Below are positions 1 to 13,178 of a DNA stretch of 64,000 bases, in pieces. Each line of letters opens with the position of its first letter. Within the stretch, counting starts at the first letter, position 1. The notes below the pieces were generated by a model. It did no database searches. It was not told where the DNA came from and saw nothing but the letters and a program-made list of their open reading frames with translations. Source of the DNA: Eledone cirrhosa (lineage: Eukaryota); contig OZ024741.1 of the NCBI GenBank assembly GCA_964016885.1, forward strand, positions 248,434,001 to 248,498,000, in the 5' to 3' direction. The translations under genes were made by a program, and so were the position numbers.

Positions 1-332
1 TATCTCATGTAGAATCAAATACTAATTCGGTTTTATAAGCCTTGTTCTGCGTGACTTACTATGTCACAGTCGTCCGCGTATAAATGATCACATACCAGAG
101 AGGTAAAGACCTTGGATTTGAAATTCATTCTTGTCAGCTTAAACACATTACCTGAAAAGAGGATTCGTATATAGATGCCATCTGTTGAAATTGTAAATGC
201 ATTGATAGCATAGCTGCTTCGAGATTACTTTGCTTAACTTAATTTTCAACCGGAAATGGATCGATATGGTTCCACCAAAATTAACCCGGTCCTTCATATT
301 CTTATGGAGAGCCTTGGTCATATCACAAACTT
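1..332 (-). pseudogene. Decayed RTE-clade LINE reverse transcriptase fragment
   Basis: Minus strand reads D-H-L-Y-A-D-D-C-D at ~62-90 and ALHKNMKDRVNFGG at ~270-315. A similar fragment lies on + at ~1830-1880. Confidence 0.6.
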
Positions 333-341
333 GCGTGTATG

Positions 342-502
<161 letters not shown>

Positions 503-546
503 GACGTAAAATAAGAGAATTATGAAAATTGACTTACTAAAATTTC

Positions 547-627
547 ACTCCAACTAATTAGTTTCTGTAAGGGAATAAATATGGTTACGTAACGTAATCA
601 TAGAGAATCCTTACGTCATCAGGGAGT
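547..627 (-). ncRNA. Type I hammerhead ribozyme
   Basis: Minus strand: ACUCC-CUGAUGA-(C)GUAAGG...CCUUAC(A)-GAAA-CUAAUUAG-UU-GGAGU. Stem I ACUCC/GGAGU, palindromic stem III, GUU triplet. Confidence 0.75.
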
Positions 628-1071
628 CTATTCTCAGCTAAGTTCCTAGGCAATGCGTGGACACAGGGAACTCATATAAAAATAATTCAGTGGATGGAAA
701 AAAGCGAGCGGGGACTAAATTCCAGGACATGGAAAACATTCACTGCCTACTTGGTCAGTGGCAAATTCAAAAGAATCAATCACGTGACACTGAGGTTAAT
801 CAGTGAGGAGTGGGATGGTAATAAGACAGGGGCCTGACCACTACCATGAACCATAGTAATTTCGGCAAATTTTTACTCAACAAATAATTTGGAGATAATT
901 ATAAAGAATTAGTATATCTACCAACATATGTATACAGATGCATACCTATGCTAGCAAATATATAGGTTTTGTCTTAGTAACTTTGCAGTTCAATGCAAGG
1001 GGATGCAGAACAATTATATGAAAGACGTAAAATAAGAGAATTATGAAAATTGACTTACTTACTAAAATTTA

Positions 1072-1152
1072 ACTCCAACTAATTAGTTTCTGTAAGGGAA
1101 TAAATATGGTTACGTAACGTAATCATAGAGAATCCTTACGTCATCAGGGAGT
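1072..1152 (-). ncRNA. Type I hammerhead ribozyme (second copy)
   Basis: Same motif as 547-627, offset by 525 nt. Confidence 0.75.
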
Positions 1153-1286
1153 CTATTCTCAGCTAAGTTCCTAGGCAATGCGTGGACACAGGGAACTCAT
1201 ATAAAAATAATTCAGTGGATGGAAAACCTATATATTTGCTAGCATAGGTATGCATCTGTATACATATGTTGGTAGATATACTAATT

Positions 1287-1374
<88 letters not shown>

Positions 1375-1544
1375 GGTAAACAGAAATAACAACACAATCG
1401 GTACAGTGTATGGAAGGAATATATTAGGTTAACGCTTGAAATAGCAGGAAGAGTGTCTTATCTTAACGTTTCAGACGCTAGTCCTTCACCAGAAGAAAGA
1501 ATGAGAAATAAGATAGATTGAAGGGACTGGCGGGGTGGAATTGG

Positions 1545-1592
<48 letters not shown>

Positions 1593-1709
1593 GAAAAGTA
1601 TAGAAATTATTATGAGCAAGGAGCACACAGTATTTCATAATATATAAGTGACTATAGCGTCAAAATGGGAAAATAGTTAACGTAAGATGTGGGAAAAATA
1701 ATTTAAACT

Positions 1710-1777
<68 letters not shown>

Positions 1778-2070
1778 TGATACATAGATAGATATATGCA
1801 TACATACACGTAATTTTGAGAATATGACCAAGGCTCTCCATAAGGATATGAAGGTCCGAGTTAATTTTGGTGGAACCATTGTTTCCGAAGAAGACGGTCT
1901 GATCGAACCTATATATGAAGCCTGATAGTGTACAGTTATATAACTGCTATAGATCCGTCAATATGTCAATATGATCACCCCCCACCCCCGAAACGATCGT
2001 AAAACAATGATATGAATAGGAAAAATAACTTGACTTTGTTGTTATTATTTTCATTGTTAAATTAATATCT

Positions 2071-2140
<70 letters not shown>

Positions 2141-2142
2141 GT

Positions 2143-2177
<35 letters not shown>

Positions 2178-2178
2178 T

Positions 2179-2213
<35 letters not shown>

Positions 2214-2402
2214 TGGGTGAGATACGTATGCGTGAGTGTGTGTGTGTGTGTGTGTGTGTGTCTGTGTGTACATGTATTTACTTTTTTACGACATGCTGAT
2301 GCAAAGCCATTACCATCAATCTAACCCTATCTGGTAAACTATTGCTACTTGAAAAACAAATACAACAATTAAAATAGCACACACATACATACACACACGC
2401 GC

Positions 2403-2507
<105 letters not shown>

Positions 2508-2589
2508 CACACACACACACACATATATATACACACACACACGCATACACTCACGCACACACACACCCGTATATACATGCATACATATA

Positions 2590-2658
<69 letters not shown>

Positions 2659-3046
2659 TATTGGTGTGTAAAGTTTATTATTAATATTACACACACACAT
2701 GCATATATAATATATATAAGCAACAACAACAGAACGGTCGCCCTCCCTAACCAACACGACTCCCATCTGCCATACAACGAAGTTCTAAGCTTACCTGGCA
2801 GACGTAAATGAGATGCTTTACAGAAGATGTTCACCTAATGATGTTGATAAATAACAACAACAATAGTAATAATAACAACAACAGCAACAGTAAACTTTGG
2901 CACGTTTCTTCCTGGCGCCAGAACAATATTCCTACAAAAAAAAATACTTGATAGCGGTCACATGACTGTTTGAATATCATTGTGTCTACGAAGACCTTTC
3001 TAAATGACACGATTCCTTGACATCATTATTGCAGATTTTATTTATT

Positions 3047-3180
3047 TACGAGCTGGCCCCGTGCCGTCAAAAATGACGACTAATGGTAATATCTATACAT
3101 AATATAAAAAAACATGTTTGTTTGTTTGGTTGGTTGGTTGGTTGGTTGTTTGTTTCCTTCGCACTCACTCACAAGTGATG
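3047..3180 (+). mobile_element. Possible non-autonomous Helitron/Helentron-type terminus
   Basis: ACGAGCTGGCCCCGTGCCGTCAAAAATGACG hairpin start followed by (GTTT/GGTT)n, as in HINE/DINE-like elements. Confidence 0.3.
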
Positions 3181-3239
3181 CAAACATACAAACACACAGC
3201 TGTGACGAATCTTAGAGAGCTGGACTTCTATAGTTTCTC

Positions 3240-3395
3240 ACCCTCTCTTCCTTCTTCAGTCATCACATAGATGTGTGTGTATTAGACACCCCTTCCTTCC
3301 TCAGTCGAATAATCACCCCTTCATTCCTCAGTTGACGTAATCACACCTTCCTTCCTCAGTCGATGTAATCACCCCTTCTTTCCTCAGTCATCTCT
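3240..3395. repeat. ~28-bp minisatellite (CCCCTTCCTTCCTCAGTCGAxxTAATCA), about 4-5 diverged units
   Basis: Repeated CTTCCTCAGTC core seen directly. Confidence 0.7.
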
Positions 3396-3540
3396 AGTAT
3401 GTGACGGACAAAGGCACAAGTTTACTGACAAAGTTGGGGCAAGAAAGCTATAGATTTTTATATGAAGATTTTGCAAATAAAGAACTTTTGGAGATGTTTG
3501 TTTTCATATAGTGCAGAGATAACGAAATGCTATTAATTAG

Positions 3541-3755
<215 letters not shown>

Positions 3756-3929
3756 TGTAGAAGTTGCTTATACGGTATGTTGTAAATTCTTGAGGATAAG
3801 TCACTCGAGCGATCCTAAAGCACTTCACGTCTGTAGCTTATCCCAGCTAAGAGTTGGTGATTAGGAGTGACGGGGTATTTATTTATCAAGAGTAGTTAAG
3901 ACGGGATTATTTCACCATAATTTGTTTTA

Positions 3930-3990
3930 TTGCATGATATATATTTCTGTAACATGGTTATGCATGTAATTTCATCAGATGTTTACGCAA
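3930..3990 (-). ncRNA. Degenerate type I hammerhead ribozyme
   Basis: Minus strand: CAU-CUGAUGA-AAUUACAUG..CAUGUUACA-GAAA-UAUAUA-UC-AUG. Core intact, stems short. Confidence 0.5.
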
Positions 3991-4078
3991 TCGTAGGTGT
4001 AGTTATGCAATCATTGGGAGATGCCAGTGGCCATTCTATTGCGATGCCAGCATACATACCTATGTATATATATATATT

Positions 4079-4140
<62 letters not shown>

Positions 4141-4692
4141 TGTGTCTGTGTGTGTGTCTGTGTGTGTGTCTGTGTGTGTGTCTGTGTCTGTGATTGTGTG
4201 TCTGTGTGTGTGTGTCTGTGTGTAGTAGGGCCGATTACGTTGTTAGAACTCAATGCGGCCTTGAAGGGATGGTTTCAACGAGATTGGGCGGTAAGTGCTA
4301 TAGTCTTTATAGTAGGCTCTCACCGCATAAGGTTCACTCGAAGATTCTACTCAAGCTACTGAGTCATTCTCATGTATGAGTGTGTGTGAATTGAACAATG
4401 AAAATAGAACAAAAGTCGATGATAGGTTCTTAATTACTTCATTATTTTACGGTCGTTTCAGAGGGTTGATTGATCATGGTAAATCGATATAATGACTAAG
4501 TAGTGACATAACCACTACCTGATAGTCAATATATCAATCCACCATGATCAATCAACCCTCTGAAACGATCGAAAATCAATGAACAAATAACATGTCATCG
4601 ACTTTTTTTAATTTTCATTGTTCAATAACACGCGCACACATACATATATACATACATACACTACATACACATATACACACACACATACCCGC

Positions 4693-4782
<90 letters not shown>

Positions 4783-4785
<3 letters not shown>

Positions 4786-5747
4786 ATACAATAACAGAGA
4801 TAGTTTAAAGCTAAACTCTGACTGGTAACCATCTCACTCAACAAACATTAGGTTATATTAAAATATAAACCCAATTTAAGTGGGCACTTATAAATCATCA
4901 GTGGAAGCCCGTTAAACATTGATATAAGAAAACAATTTCTTACCGCTGTCAAAAATCATGTCCGTAAAGTTGCTCTCTCTCACCTCGAATGACCGCCAAA
5001 TTTGAAATTCCAGCAGTTTTTGACTGAGGAAGTATCATAGCGACACGAAGCGGGAAGGGGAGACAACCCACGATCCACGAAATGAGGAAAAAAAAAATAA
5101 TATACACGCGGGTTAATTAGTTTTTTTGAAAACATTATCAATCCAACGTGTTTAAGAACTCAATTGAAAATAAAAAAATAAATATATGCTTGTATAAATT
5201 ACACACGCATATAGATATTTTCTTAGGCTAAATCAGAAGTTGTACCCGAATAAGAACCGCTTCTCATAACCGCAGTAAATGCAGAAAGTTATGCTATAAA
5301 GGGCAAATGGGAATATAATTCTCCGGCCGAATTATTAAGAGTAAAATATAAAACACACGCGGGTTAATTAGTTATTTCAAAACCAATATTAATTCCTCGT
5401 GTAAAGAACTCAATTAATAAAAGAAAATAAATACATATATGCATGTAATTATATACGTAGGCATATATATATATTTTCCTAGGCTAAAAAACAGAGAAGT
5501 TACAACCCAAAAAAGCCACAATATTTCACAACAGTAATAAATACGGAAAGTCAAATTCATAAGGTACCTGGAAATAAACACCTCTGGCCAATCAAGAGTA
5601 AATATTTAATACAATAACAGAGATAGTTTAAAGCTAAACTCTGACTGGTAACCATCTCACTCAACAAACATTAGGTTATATTAAAATATAAACCCAATTT
5701 AAGTGTTTGGGGTGCTAACAATATGTATAATGTGGAAAAACCAGTTG

Positions 5748-5752
<5 letters not shown>
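4783..5752 (-). mobile_element. (TA)n-flanked non-coding element with terminal direct repeats, same family as 53556-53905
   Basis: ATTTAATACAATAACAGAGATAG... repeated at 4783, 5605 and 53556. Internal ~255-bp duplication at 5095-5600. CUGAUGA half-hammerhead on the minus strand at ~4895. Confidence 0.6.
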
Positions 5753-5782
<30 letters not shown>

Positions 5783-6033
5783 GAAAAAGGTATGGCTGTT
5801 AGAAAACATTCTATACATACCACGTTATATAAGGAAAATGATTTTTAAAACGGGTTTGAAAAGAGCACCTGGTATTTATATAAAAGATATTTATGTACAA
5901 AAATTGATGTTAGCAAAGCCTGCTTTCTCCGTTTTGTATTATCAAAACATTTGTTAAGTTAAATTCACAATATTTTTTTTCATATTTTCTTTAATCATTG
6001 TCTAGTAAATTACAATGAGTTTGTTCTACTTAG

Positions 6034-6123
6034 GTATGTATGTATGTATGTATGTATGTATGTATGTATGTATGTATGTATGTATGTATGTATGTATGTA
6101 TGTATGTATGTATGTATGTATGT
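6034..6123. repeat. (TATG)n microsatellite
   Basis: Direct sequence. Confidence 0.95.
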
Positions 6124-6739
6124 GTAAGGTCACCAGTTGGTGCTACTGGTAACATGTATCCCAGTACAACCTGTCTCATGGTCGGGTCGTTGGTGACTAA
6201 ACTGGCAACTCCACCAAGGTTTCTTGGTGAGGAGGGTGACTTTGGACATCCTGCAGGACTAAAAACAAAACCTGTCAAAGGGCAAAGGAGCTCTTAAGAG
6301 TCAATGGCCATCCAAAATCACCGGGAGAGATGACCCCTTAGCCTTTGTCAAGGCAGAATTCTAGGAGAAGGAAAACTCTGATATAACACCTGCAACCCTG
6401 ATGGTATCCAATGATGTTGACTTGTTCTTCTTTTTGGTAAATATCATCTTGGTTAAGAGAGTAGGACTGGCTTTGTGCAGTGCCTTTGCTCACTATAAAA
6501 GCTTCACGGCACAGGCATTGCTTTATATCTGGAGATCTCTGATCTCTCTACACTTGTCGTCACATGGTACCATGGGCCCAGCACTATGTGTCAATAATTG
6601 TCACAAGTGTAGTGTTTGTACCAGAGTTTTCAAGTCGCTGGCTGGACTAAAAAGTCACACTCGTTCAGCGCATCGGTAGGGGATCTCCTACATGGATATA
6701 TAGTAGTGGCCGTACTCGAAAACAAGTTGGCAGCCACCA
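6124..6739 (+). mobile_element. ~610-bp RTE-derived non-autonomous retroelement (5' UTR joined to C-terminal C2H2 finger and 3' end), flanked by (TATG)n
   Basis: CTAGGAGAAGGAAAACTCTGA motif of RTE-type 5' UTRs; CSVCTRVFKSLAGLKSHTRSAH zinc finger then stop; ends GGCAGCCACC-(ATGT)n. Near-identical copies at 18797-19288 and 34355-34962. Confidence 0.75.
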
Positions 6740-6823
6740 TGTATGTATGTATGTATGTATGTATGTATGTATGTATGTATGTATGTATGTATGTATGTAT
6801 GTATGTATGTATGTATACATTTG

Positions 6824-7100
6824 TCAGGGCATTCTCCTAGGAGAAAGCAACTCAGGAAACTGGGATAACTCCGATATAAAACCTGCGGCTCAGTAGTTAC
6901 CGATGATGTTGATCTTTTCTTCTTTTCGGGTTATAGCTACTGTCGCTCAGAGAGTGGGATTGGCTCAGTGCACAGTCTTTCCTTACTTTAAAAAATATCT
7001 TCACACACAGGCATTGCACGATAGAATTAATTAATAATTATTAATAATAGTATATCGTTCAATGGCCATACTCGATAACGAGGGGGCAGCCATCATGTAT
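6824..7100 (+). mobile_element. Older, diverged relative of the RTE-derived element
   Basis: CTAGGAGAAAG..., GATGATGTTGATC, AGAGAGTGGGATTGG and a 3' end GGCCATACTCGA...GGCAGCCATCATGTATG match the 6124-6739 layout. Confidence 0.6.
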
Positions 7101-7342
7101 GCATGTATCTATCTATCTATCAAAATACTCTACTCCCTTAGCTGAATTATTCTGGCGTTTCAAAAGTGATAACATTGTATACATAGATCTCTATTGTCGT
7201 GAAATAATTTAGTTTGAAGATTATCTAAATTCACTGAACAAAACTAATAATTTCTTATAGCTATTATTTTTATGCTTTCATACTTGAACAGCATTTTAAA
7301 CGTGATTTTATTTACAACTTCACTCACATCTTACTATTTCTG

Positions 7343-7548
7343 GTCGGTTGGCAGTTTTGGTAGAGCATCGGACATCGTGCTTCGTGGCATAAAGTTACGA
7401 CCCTTTACGTTCTGAGTTCAAATCCCGCCGAGGTTAGCTTTGCTTTTCAATCTTACGGGGTCGATAAAATAAAGCCCCAGTTAGTACTGGGGTCGATTTA
7501 GTCGACTTTCCCCTCTCCCAAAATTGCTGGCCTTGTGCCTATAAGAAA
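7343..7548 (+). mobile_element. tRNA-derived SINE (octopus-type)
   Basis: B-box GAGTTCAAATCCC, core GCCGAGGTTAxCTTTGC...GGGGTCGATAAAAT, tail AATTGCTGGCCTTGTGCC. Several copies in the window. Confidence 0.75.
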
Positions 7549-7824
7549 CACTGTTTCTATCCAAATCTTAATGTTTATATATTTCCCACTGGCATATTCG
7601 CACATGTAAGGTATATTATTTTAACTAGCAGAAGAACCCCCCTTCGAGCGGTTTTCTGCTAGCATATGTAGTGTGAATATTGGTATTATACGCAAATATA
7701 TATGCATATAGATATTATATGCAAATTGACAATATCTTCTTCGCCCACTTATTTCTGAGAGGTTCGTAGGGGCAGAGTTTTTCTCAAACACTCCTTCCAG
7801 TGAGTCAGTCAGTAGCAAACATCT

Positions 7825-8345
7825 CTAACTGATCCAGCTGGATCCCAAAGCGTGACCAGCCAAGCTCATGGATGTTATCCAACTATCTTGCTCAGGGTCA
7901 ACCTCCGGGTCTTTTGCCGGTTGTTTTGCCTGTAAAATATGTCCAGCTATTCTTTCATGAAACATTCTAACCGCATGCCCATAGTATTGGAGCTGTGATC
8001 TCTCCATCCGGAGAAGTAGCGGCTCTACCAGGAGTGACTCTCTGGTCTCCGAGCTATGCACTTTATCGAGTAATGTTACTCCAAAGACCCTTCCGAAGAA
8101 CCCCATTTCGGCCGCTTGTATTTGAAATTATATTCTTTCGGTCATTACCCTCGGTTAGGGTTAGCAGGAATACCAGGAAGTCTATGAGTTTGGCTTTTAC
8201 ACTTACTTCTTTTGATTACTGAAGCTGGTGCATTACTGCATCAGCTTTTGCAATTCTTGCACTCAATTCAGCCTCCTGCCTTCAATCACTCATAAACACG
8301 GCCTTGAGATACTTGAACTTCTCTACCTGCTTCAGTGGAATTCCA
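7825..8345 (-). pseudogene. Decayed RTE (Expander/Rex3-like) ORF C-terminal remnant
   Basis: DKVHSSETRESLLVEPLLLRMERSQLQYYGHAVRM, plus upstream QVEKFKYL...ARIAKA; frameshifted. Confidence 0.7.
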
Positions 8346-8468
8346 TTCCCATGTATATAAATTTGAACGACTTCTGTCCATCCGTCCGTCACACAATGTG
8401 TGATACACACATATATATGTCTCTAACCTAAAAACGGTGACATACACACACGTCTCTAATTTAATAAC

Positions 8469-8650
8469 TGTTTCTACTTTTGGCACAAGGCCAGCAATTA
8501 TTCCAGTGCATTACTGGTACTTTATCTTATCGACCCCGTAAGGATGAAAGGCAAAGTTAACCTCGGCGGGATTTGAACTCAGATCATAAAGGGAGGTAAC
8601 TCTATGCTTCAAAGCATGGCGTCCGACCCTTACCGATACTGCCAATCCAC
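8469..8650 (-). mobile_element. tRNA-derived SINE with an 18-bp target-site duplication
   Basis: Same SINE family. CGTCTCTAATTTAATAAC at 8451-8468 and 8651-8668. Confidence 0.85.
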
Positions 8651-8899
8651 CGTCTCTAATTTAATAACGCCGATAAACTTACGCGCGCGCACATACACAA
8701 AATGTCCTATGTAAATAGTGTGAGTGTATGAGTGAGTTAGAGAGAGAGTGGGGGGAGAAACAGGCTAAACGAGAGGAAGTGTTACAGAGGGTGTGAGCAA
8801 GAGAAAAAGAGAATGAGAAAAAGACAGAGAGAAGAGAGAAAGAAACACAGTGAGAGAACAAGTTTCTGTAAAAGAAGTTGAAAAAGGAGATAGAGGGAT

Positions 8900-8941
<42 letters not shown>

Positions 8942-8995
8942 AAGAGAGAGAAAGAGAGAGAGAGAGAGAGATAGATAGATAGATAGAGAGAGAGA

Positions 8996-9038
<43 letters not shown>

Positions 9039-9120
9039 GCTGTGTGTTTGATACTGTATGTATGTTCTATTGGAGAAGTTGAAAGAGATCCGGCACAAAG
9101 AGAGGGGCATAGCGAGAGAA

Positions 9121-9168
<48 letters not shown>

Positions 9169-9298
9169 GGGGAAAGAGGTGCTTTATGTGTTAGTGTAGA
9201 AACATGTGTGTGTGATGTGTGTGGAAATAAGAGGGGAAGGAAAGCAATAACTATTAACATGTGTGCGAGTATGTATGTACATGCACGTGTGTGTGCGT

Positions 9299-9341
<43 letters not shown>

Positions 9342-9599
9342 GTGTTTCACAGAAAGTAAAAACTATCAACATGTGTGAGTGTGTGCGTGTGTGTACGTGC
9401 ACGCGCACGTGTGTGCCTTTGCATGCGTGTGTGTTTGCGTGCATGTGTTTGTGTATGTGCGTGTGTGCGTGCGTGCAGCGTTCCACAATCGCCATTTATT
9501 TTAATCACTCTTGTGAAGATATTCACGTAACTTTCACTCATTTTTTCATTTAATCCCCATTTTAATTTTCAAAAAGGTTTCCGAGAAAAATGTTCTCAC

Positions 9600-12485
9600 T
9601 CTCTACAAGAGGAGACGGGGTAGATGTAGATGATCAGTATTCTACAGTGAGGCAAAGATAAGTACAGGTAGCCAGAGAAAAGTCACTAGAACCTCTGCTC
9701 AACGACAGCAAAGATATGAAAACGACCGGAGGAGAGCTGCTGCACACAGGGCCAATGAGTCACAAGAGGTAAGGGAAAAACGGTTAGAACAATTACGTCA
9801 ACAAAATGCAATCCGCAGGAGCCAAGAGTAAAAAAAGGAAAGAGAAAAACGTTTAACGGATGCAAGATAAAGACAAGCTGCCATAGTTGCCAATAAGACA
9901 ATAGGTCAGCGAGAGATTAGACCAAGAAAAAACCATGATCAAACAGTTGCTGCAAGACTTCGCCAATCGTCAGATGAAAGACGTAAGCGTCTTGATCAAG
10001 ATAGGCTGAATACGTTTGACAAAAGAGTTGCACTTTTCAAGGGGATTTGGAAAAAATCAGCTTTTAACTATGATCCCAAACATGATTATTCTGCAGAGAA
10101 ATTGATTGATATTGGAGAAATGTCAAAAGAGTGCAGTTTTTGTAAAGGAAAGAAATGGGAAAGAGAAACCACCACTATGTGTTGTGGTGGAGGAACGGTT
10201 GTTTTACTGACGTTGGTACACCCTCAGACACTTTGAAGGCATTGCTTTTGGGAAACACACCAAGGAGCATACACTACTTGAAATTATAATTCTTCTTTCC
10301 AAATGACCTCCTTTGGTAGCAATATTATAAGAGAAGGGAACATGAAGCCAACTTTAAAGTTCATGGTCAATTATACCATCTTATTGGATCTTTCTGGCCA
10401 ATTGAAGGCAAAAATCCTCAGTTTTTACAGCTATATGTTGTAGCAAATTACAAGGAGCAGGCTTTGCAACGGCCATTTAACCTTCCAAATTTGAAAGAAA
10501 AGTTAATCTTTGATCTGGAAGATATGTTGCATGCAAACAATAGCTACATCAGAATCTTCAAGTATGCATTAGAATCTGCACCACTAAATACAAGATAGTT
10601 ATTGATGCAGACAAAAAGCCTGTTACTGAACACAGAGGCCGCTACAATGCTCCTGTTGCAAATGAAGTGGCAGCAATTATAACAGACGACGAGTTTGGGA
10701 AGAGAGATATTATTCAAGGAGGAGGAAATAAGATGCAGCAGATAAGTGCAACCCACCGATCATATGATGCACTCCTGTATCCATTAATCTCTGTATTTGG
10801 TCAAGATGGATATCACTTTGTTATATAAAACAAAACAGATCTTCAAACAAGTACTCCTGCACTGACAAAAACAGTAAGCTGCATAGAATTCTATGCTTAC
10901 CTTTTAATATTAAGAGAGCAAGACTTAAATATTATTCATCGTTCACGTAAGTTCTTCCAGCAATTTGCAATTACTTAAAATATTTTAACCAAGCACTGAT
11001 TGAAATTGAGGATCAAGTTTTGGCCATGGGAGGCAAACATTTGCAAGAGTCTGGCTCTGGACTGCCAAAAGCAAACCGTCAAATTAGTGATTTAACTTCA
11101 AGAGATATAGCAAGATAGACACATTATGACATCACAGAGCTGGCTGCATTTGTGAATGAACATGAACCTAAACTTCTTCCAGAACAGCGCTGTGTATATG
11201 ATAACATTTTTTCGTCAGTCAGAGAAAAAAGTGGAGGAATTTTCTTTCTTGATGCTCCTGGTGGCACAGGTAAAACATTTGTAAGAACATTGCTTCTTTC
11301 CAAGGTAAGGCAACAAAAAAGAATTGCAGTTGCTGTAGCATCGTCTCGCATTGCTGCCACAATTCTCCCAGGCGGACGGACAGCTCATTTTGCTTTTAAA
11401 TTACCGCTAAACCTGGTCACAAATGACAGTCCTGTTTATAACATAAGCAAAGGTTCAGGTTCAGCAGAAGTGTTTCGCCAATGCCATCTGATCATTATGG
11501 ATGAATGCACCATGTCACATAGAGGTGCAATGGAAGCTCTTGATAAGACCTTACAAGACATAAGAGGCAACAATAAATCTATGGGAAGTTACATTAGTTT
11601 TATCAGGAGACTTCAGACAGACTTTACCAGTCATTCCGAGAGGAATAAGAGCTAATGAAATAAAAGCATGCATTAAGTCTTCGCACCTATGGAATAAAGT
11701 ACAGAAATTCTCCTTCAATACTAACATGCGAGCTTTATTACACGGGGACCAATGTGCAAAACCGTTTTCAACCCGGCTCTTCCAATTATGAAATGGAAAA
11801 GAACCAACTGAGGGGAATGGTGATATAAATTTGGCTCATATTGCTATCATGGTGAATTCCCCAGCTGAATTGAAGAACATGGTATTTCCAGACTTAAGTA
11901 ATAATTATAATTCACATAAATGGTTGTGTGAATCGGCAATTCTTTCTTTAAAAAATGAGACAGTAGCAAGGATTAACCATGAATTAATGAATAAGATTCC
12001 AACAGACATTATGGAGTACAAATCAGTTGATTCAGTCCTTGATGAAAATCAAACTGTCCACTAGCCAACTGAGTTCCTTAATTCTCTTGAGCCACCTGGA
12101 ACTCCTCCTCATAAACTTCTTCTGAAGGCTGGAGTACCAATAATACTTCTACGAAATTGAGATCACCCTAAATTATGCAATGGGACAAGGTTGATTGTGA
12201 AGACATTATCACCTAATGTGATAGAAGCTACCATCATCACTGGATGTACTCCTGGGAAGGATGTTTTCTTTACAAGAAATCCAATCAAACCAACAGACAT
12301 GCTATTTGAGTTCAAACAAACACAATTCCCAGTGCGACTTCCTTCGCAATGTCTATTAATAAAGGTCAAGGTCAGACTTTGAAATCTACTGACTTGTACT
12401 TAATTGAGCTTGCTTTTCTCAAGGTCAACTTTATGTTGGCTGCTTCAGGGTGGGTAATTTACAAGACTAATTTGTCTATGCTCTA
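9600..12485 (+). mobile_element. Decayed Helitron (RepHel pseudogene: N-terminal Zn-finger region and PIF1-family helicase; HUH Rep core missing)
   Basis: IGEMSKECSFC...MCCGGG (~10110-10200), YNSSFQMTSFG, GRYNAPVANEVAA, HRSYDAL; helicase FFLDAPGGTGKTF, GGRTAH, IMDECTM, LCNGTRL, QFPVRL, INKGQGQT. Many stops and frameshifts. Confidence 0.9.
11152..11655 (+). pseudogene. Helitron PIF1-like helicase fragment (Walker A/B)
   Basis: DAPGGTGKT, GGRTAH and DECTM motifs in the ORF track. Confidence 0.85.
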
Positions 12486-12669
12486 AAACCAGAAAACTTC
12501 TGCCCCTTACGCTAGGCCCAAAGCCCAATCACCTCCCGCATTTCTGACACCACAGTTCTTGTCCGTTCTTTTTTTCTTTCTTTTTCTCTTTTTTCTGTAT
12601 ATTTCACTATTCTTCTTTTCTTTTGTTTCTTGTTATTTTTTATTTTTGCAGTCATTATCGTTGTCACTA

Positions 12670-12845
12670 TACTTTGCAGCATCGAGTTATGACCCTTTAC
12701 GTTCTGAGTTCAAATCCGCCGAGGTTAACTTTGCCTTTCATACTTGCAGGGTCGATAACATAAAGTACCAGTAATGTACTGGGGTCGATTTAATCGACTT
12801 TCCCCTCACCTTCAAATTGCTGGCCTTGTGCCAAATGTAGAAACA
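12670..12845 (+). mobile_element. tRNA-derived SINE, 5' truncated
   Basis: GAGTTCAAATCCGCCGAGGTTAACTTTGCC...TGCTGGCCTTGTGCCAAATGTAGAAAC then (ATT)n. Confidence 0.75.
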
Positions 12846-13048
12846 ATTATTATTATTGTTAGTGTGTGTTTTAGTTCAGTTAATCGGACAACTGGAATAC
12901 TAATCGTTGAAACTGACGGATATCTATTTATTTCCTGCATACACACAGACACTGACACAGACATGCACGCACACACACACACACACGTACGCACACACAC
13001 ACACACATATATATATATACATACATATATATATATATATACATACAT

Positions 13049-13100
13049 AAAGAGTCAGAACCCCGACGGCAGAGCTCTGCCGTCGGGGTTCTGACTCTTT
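13049..13100. repeat. Perfect 52-bp palindrome
   Basis: AAAGAGTCAGAACCCCGACGGCAGAG|CTCTGCCGTCGGGGTTCTGACTCTTT. Related sequence at 42655-42760 and 43290-43395. Confidence 0.9.
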
Positions 13101-13178
13101 TCCAATTACCCACTCTACTACCCAAAGTATCGAGTACTCTGTATGGTCCACCTGGTTCCTTACCACACTTCCTTCGTT

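Noticed and set aside
6401-6679. 92-aa zinc-finger ORF as a host gene
   Set aside because: Lies in a multicopy element and is frameshifted in the other two copies.
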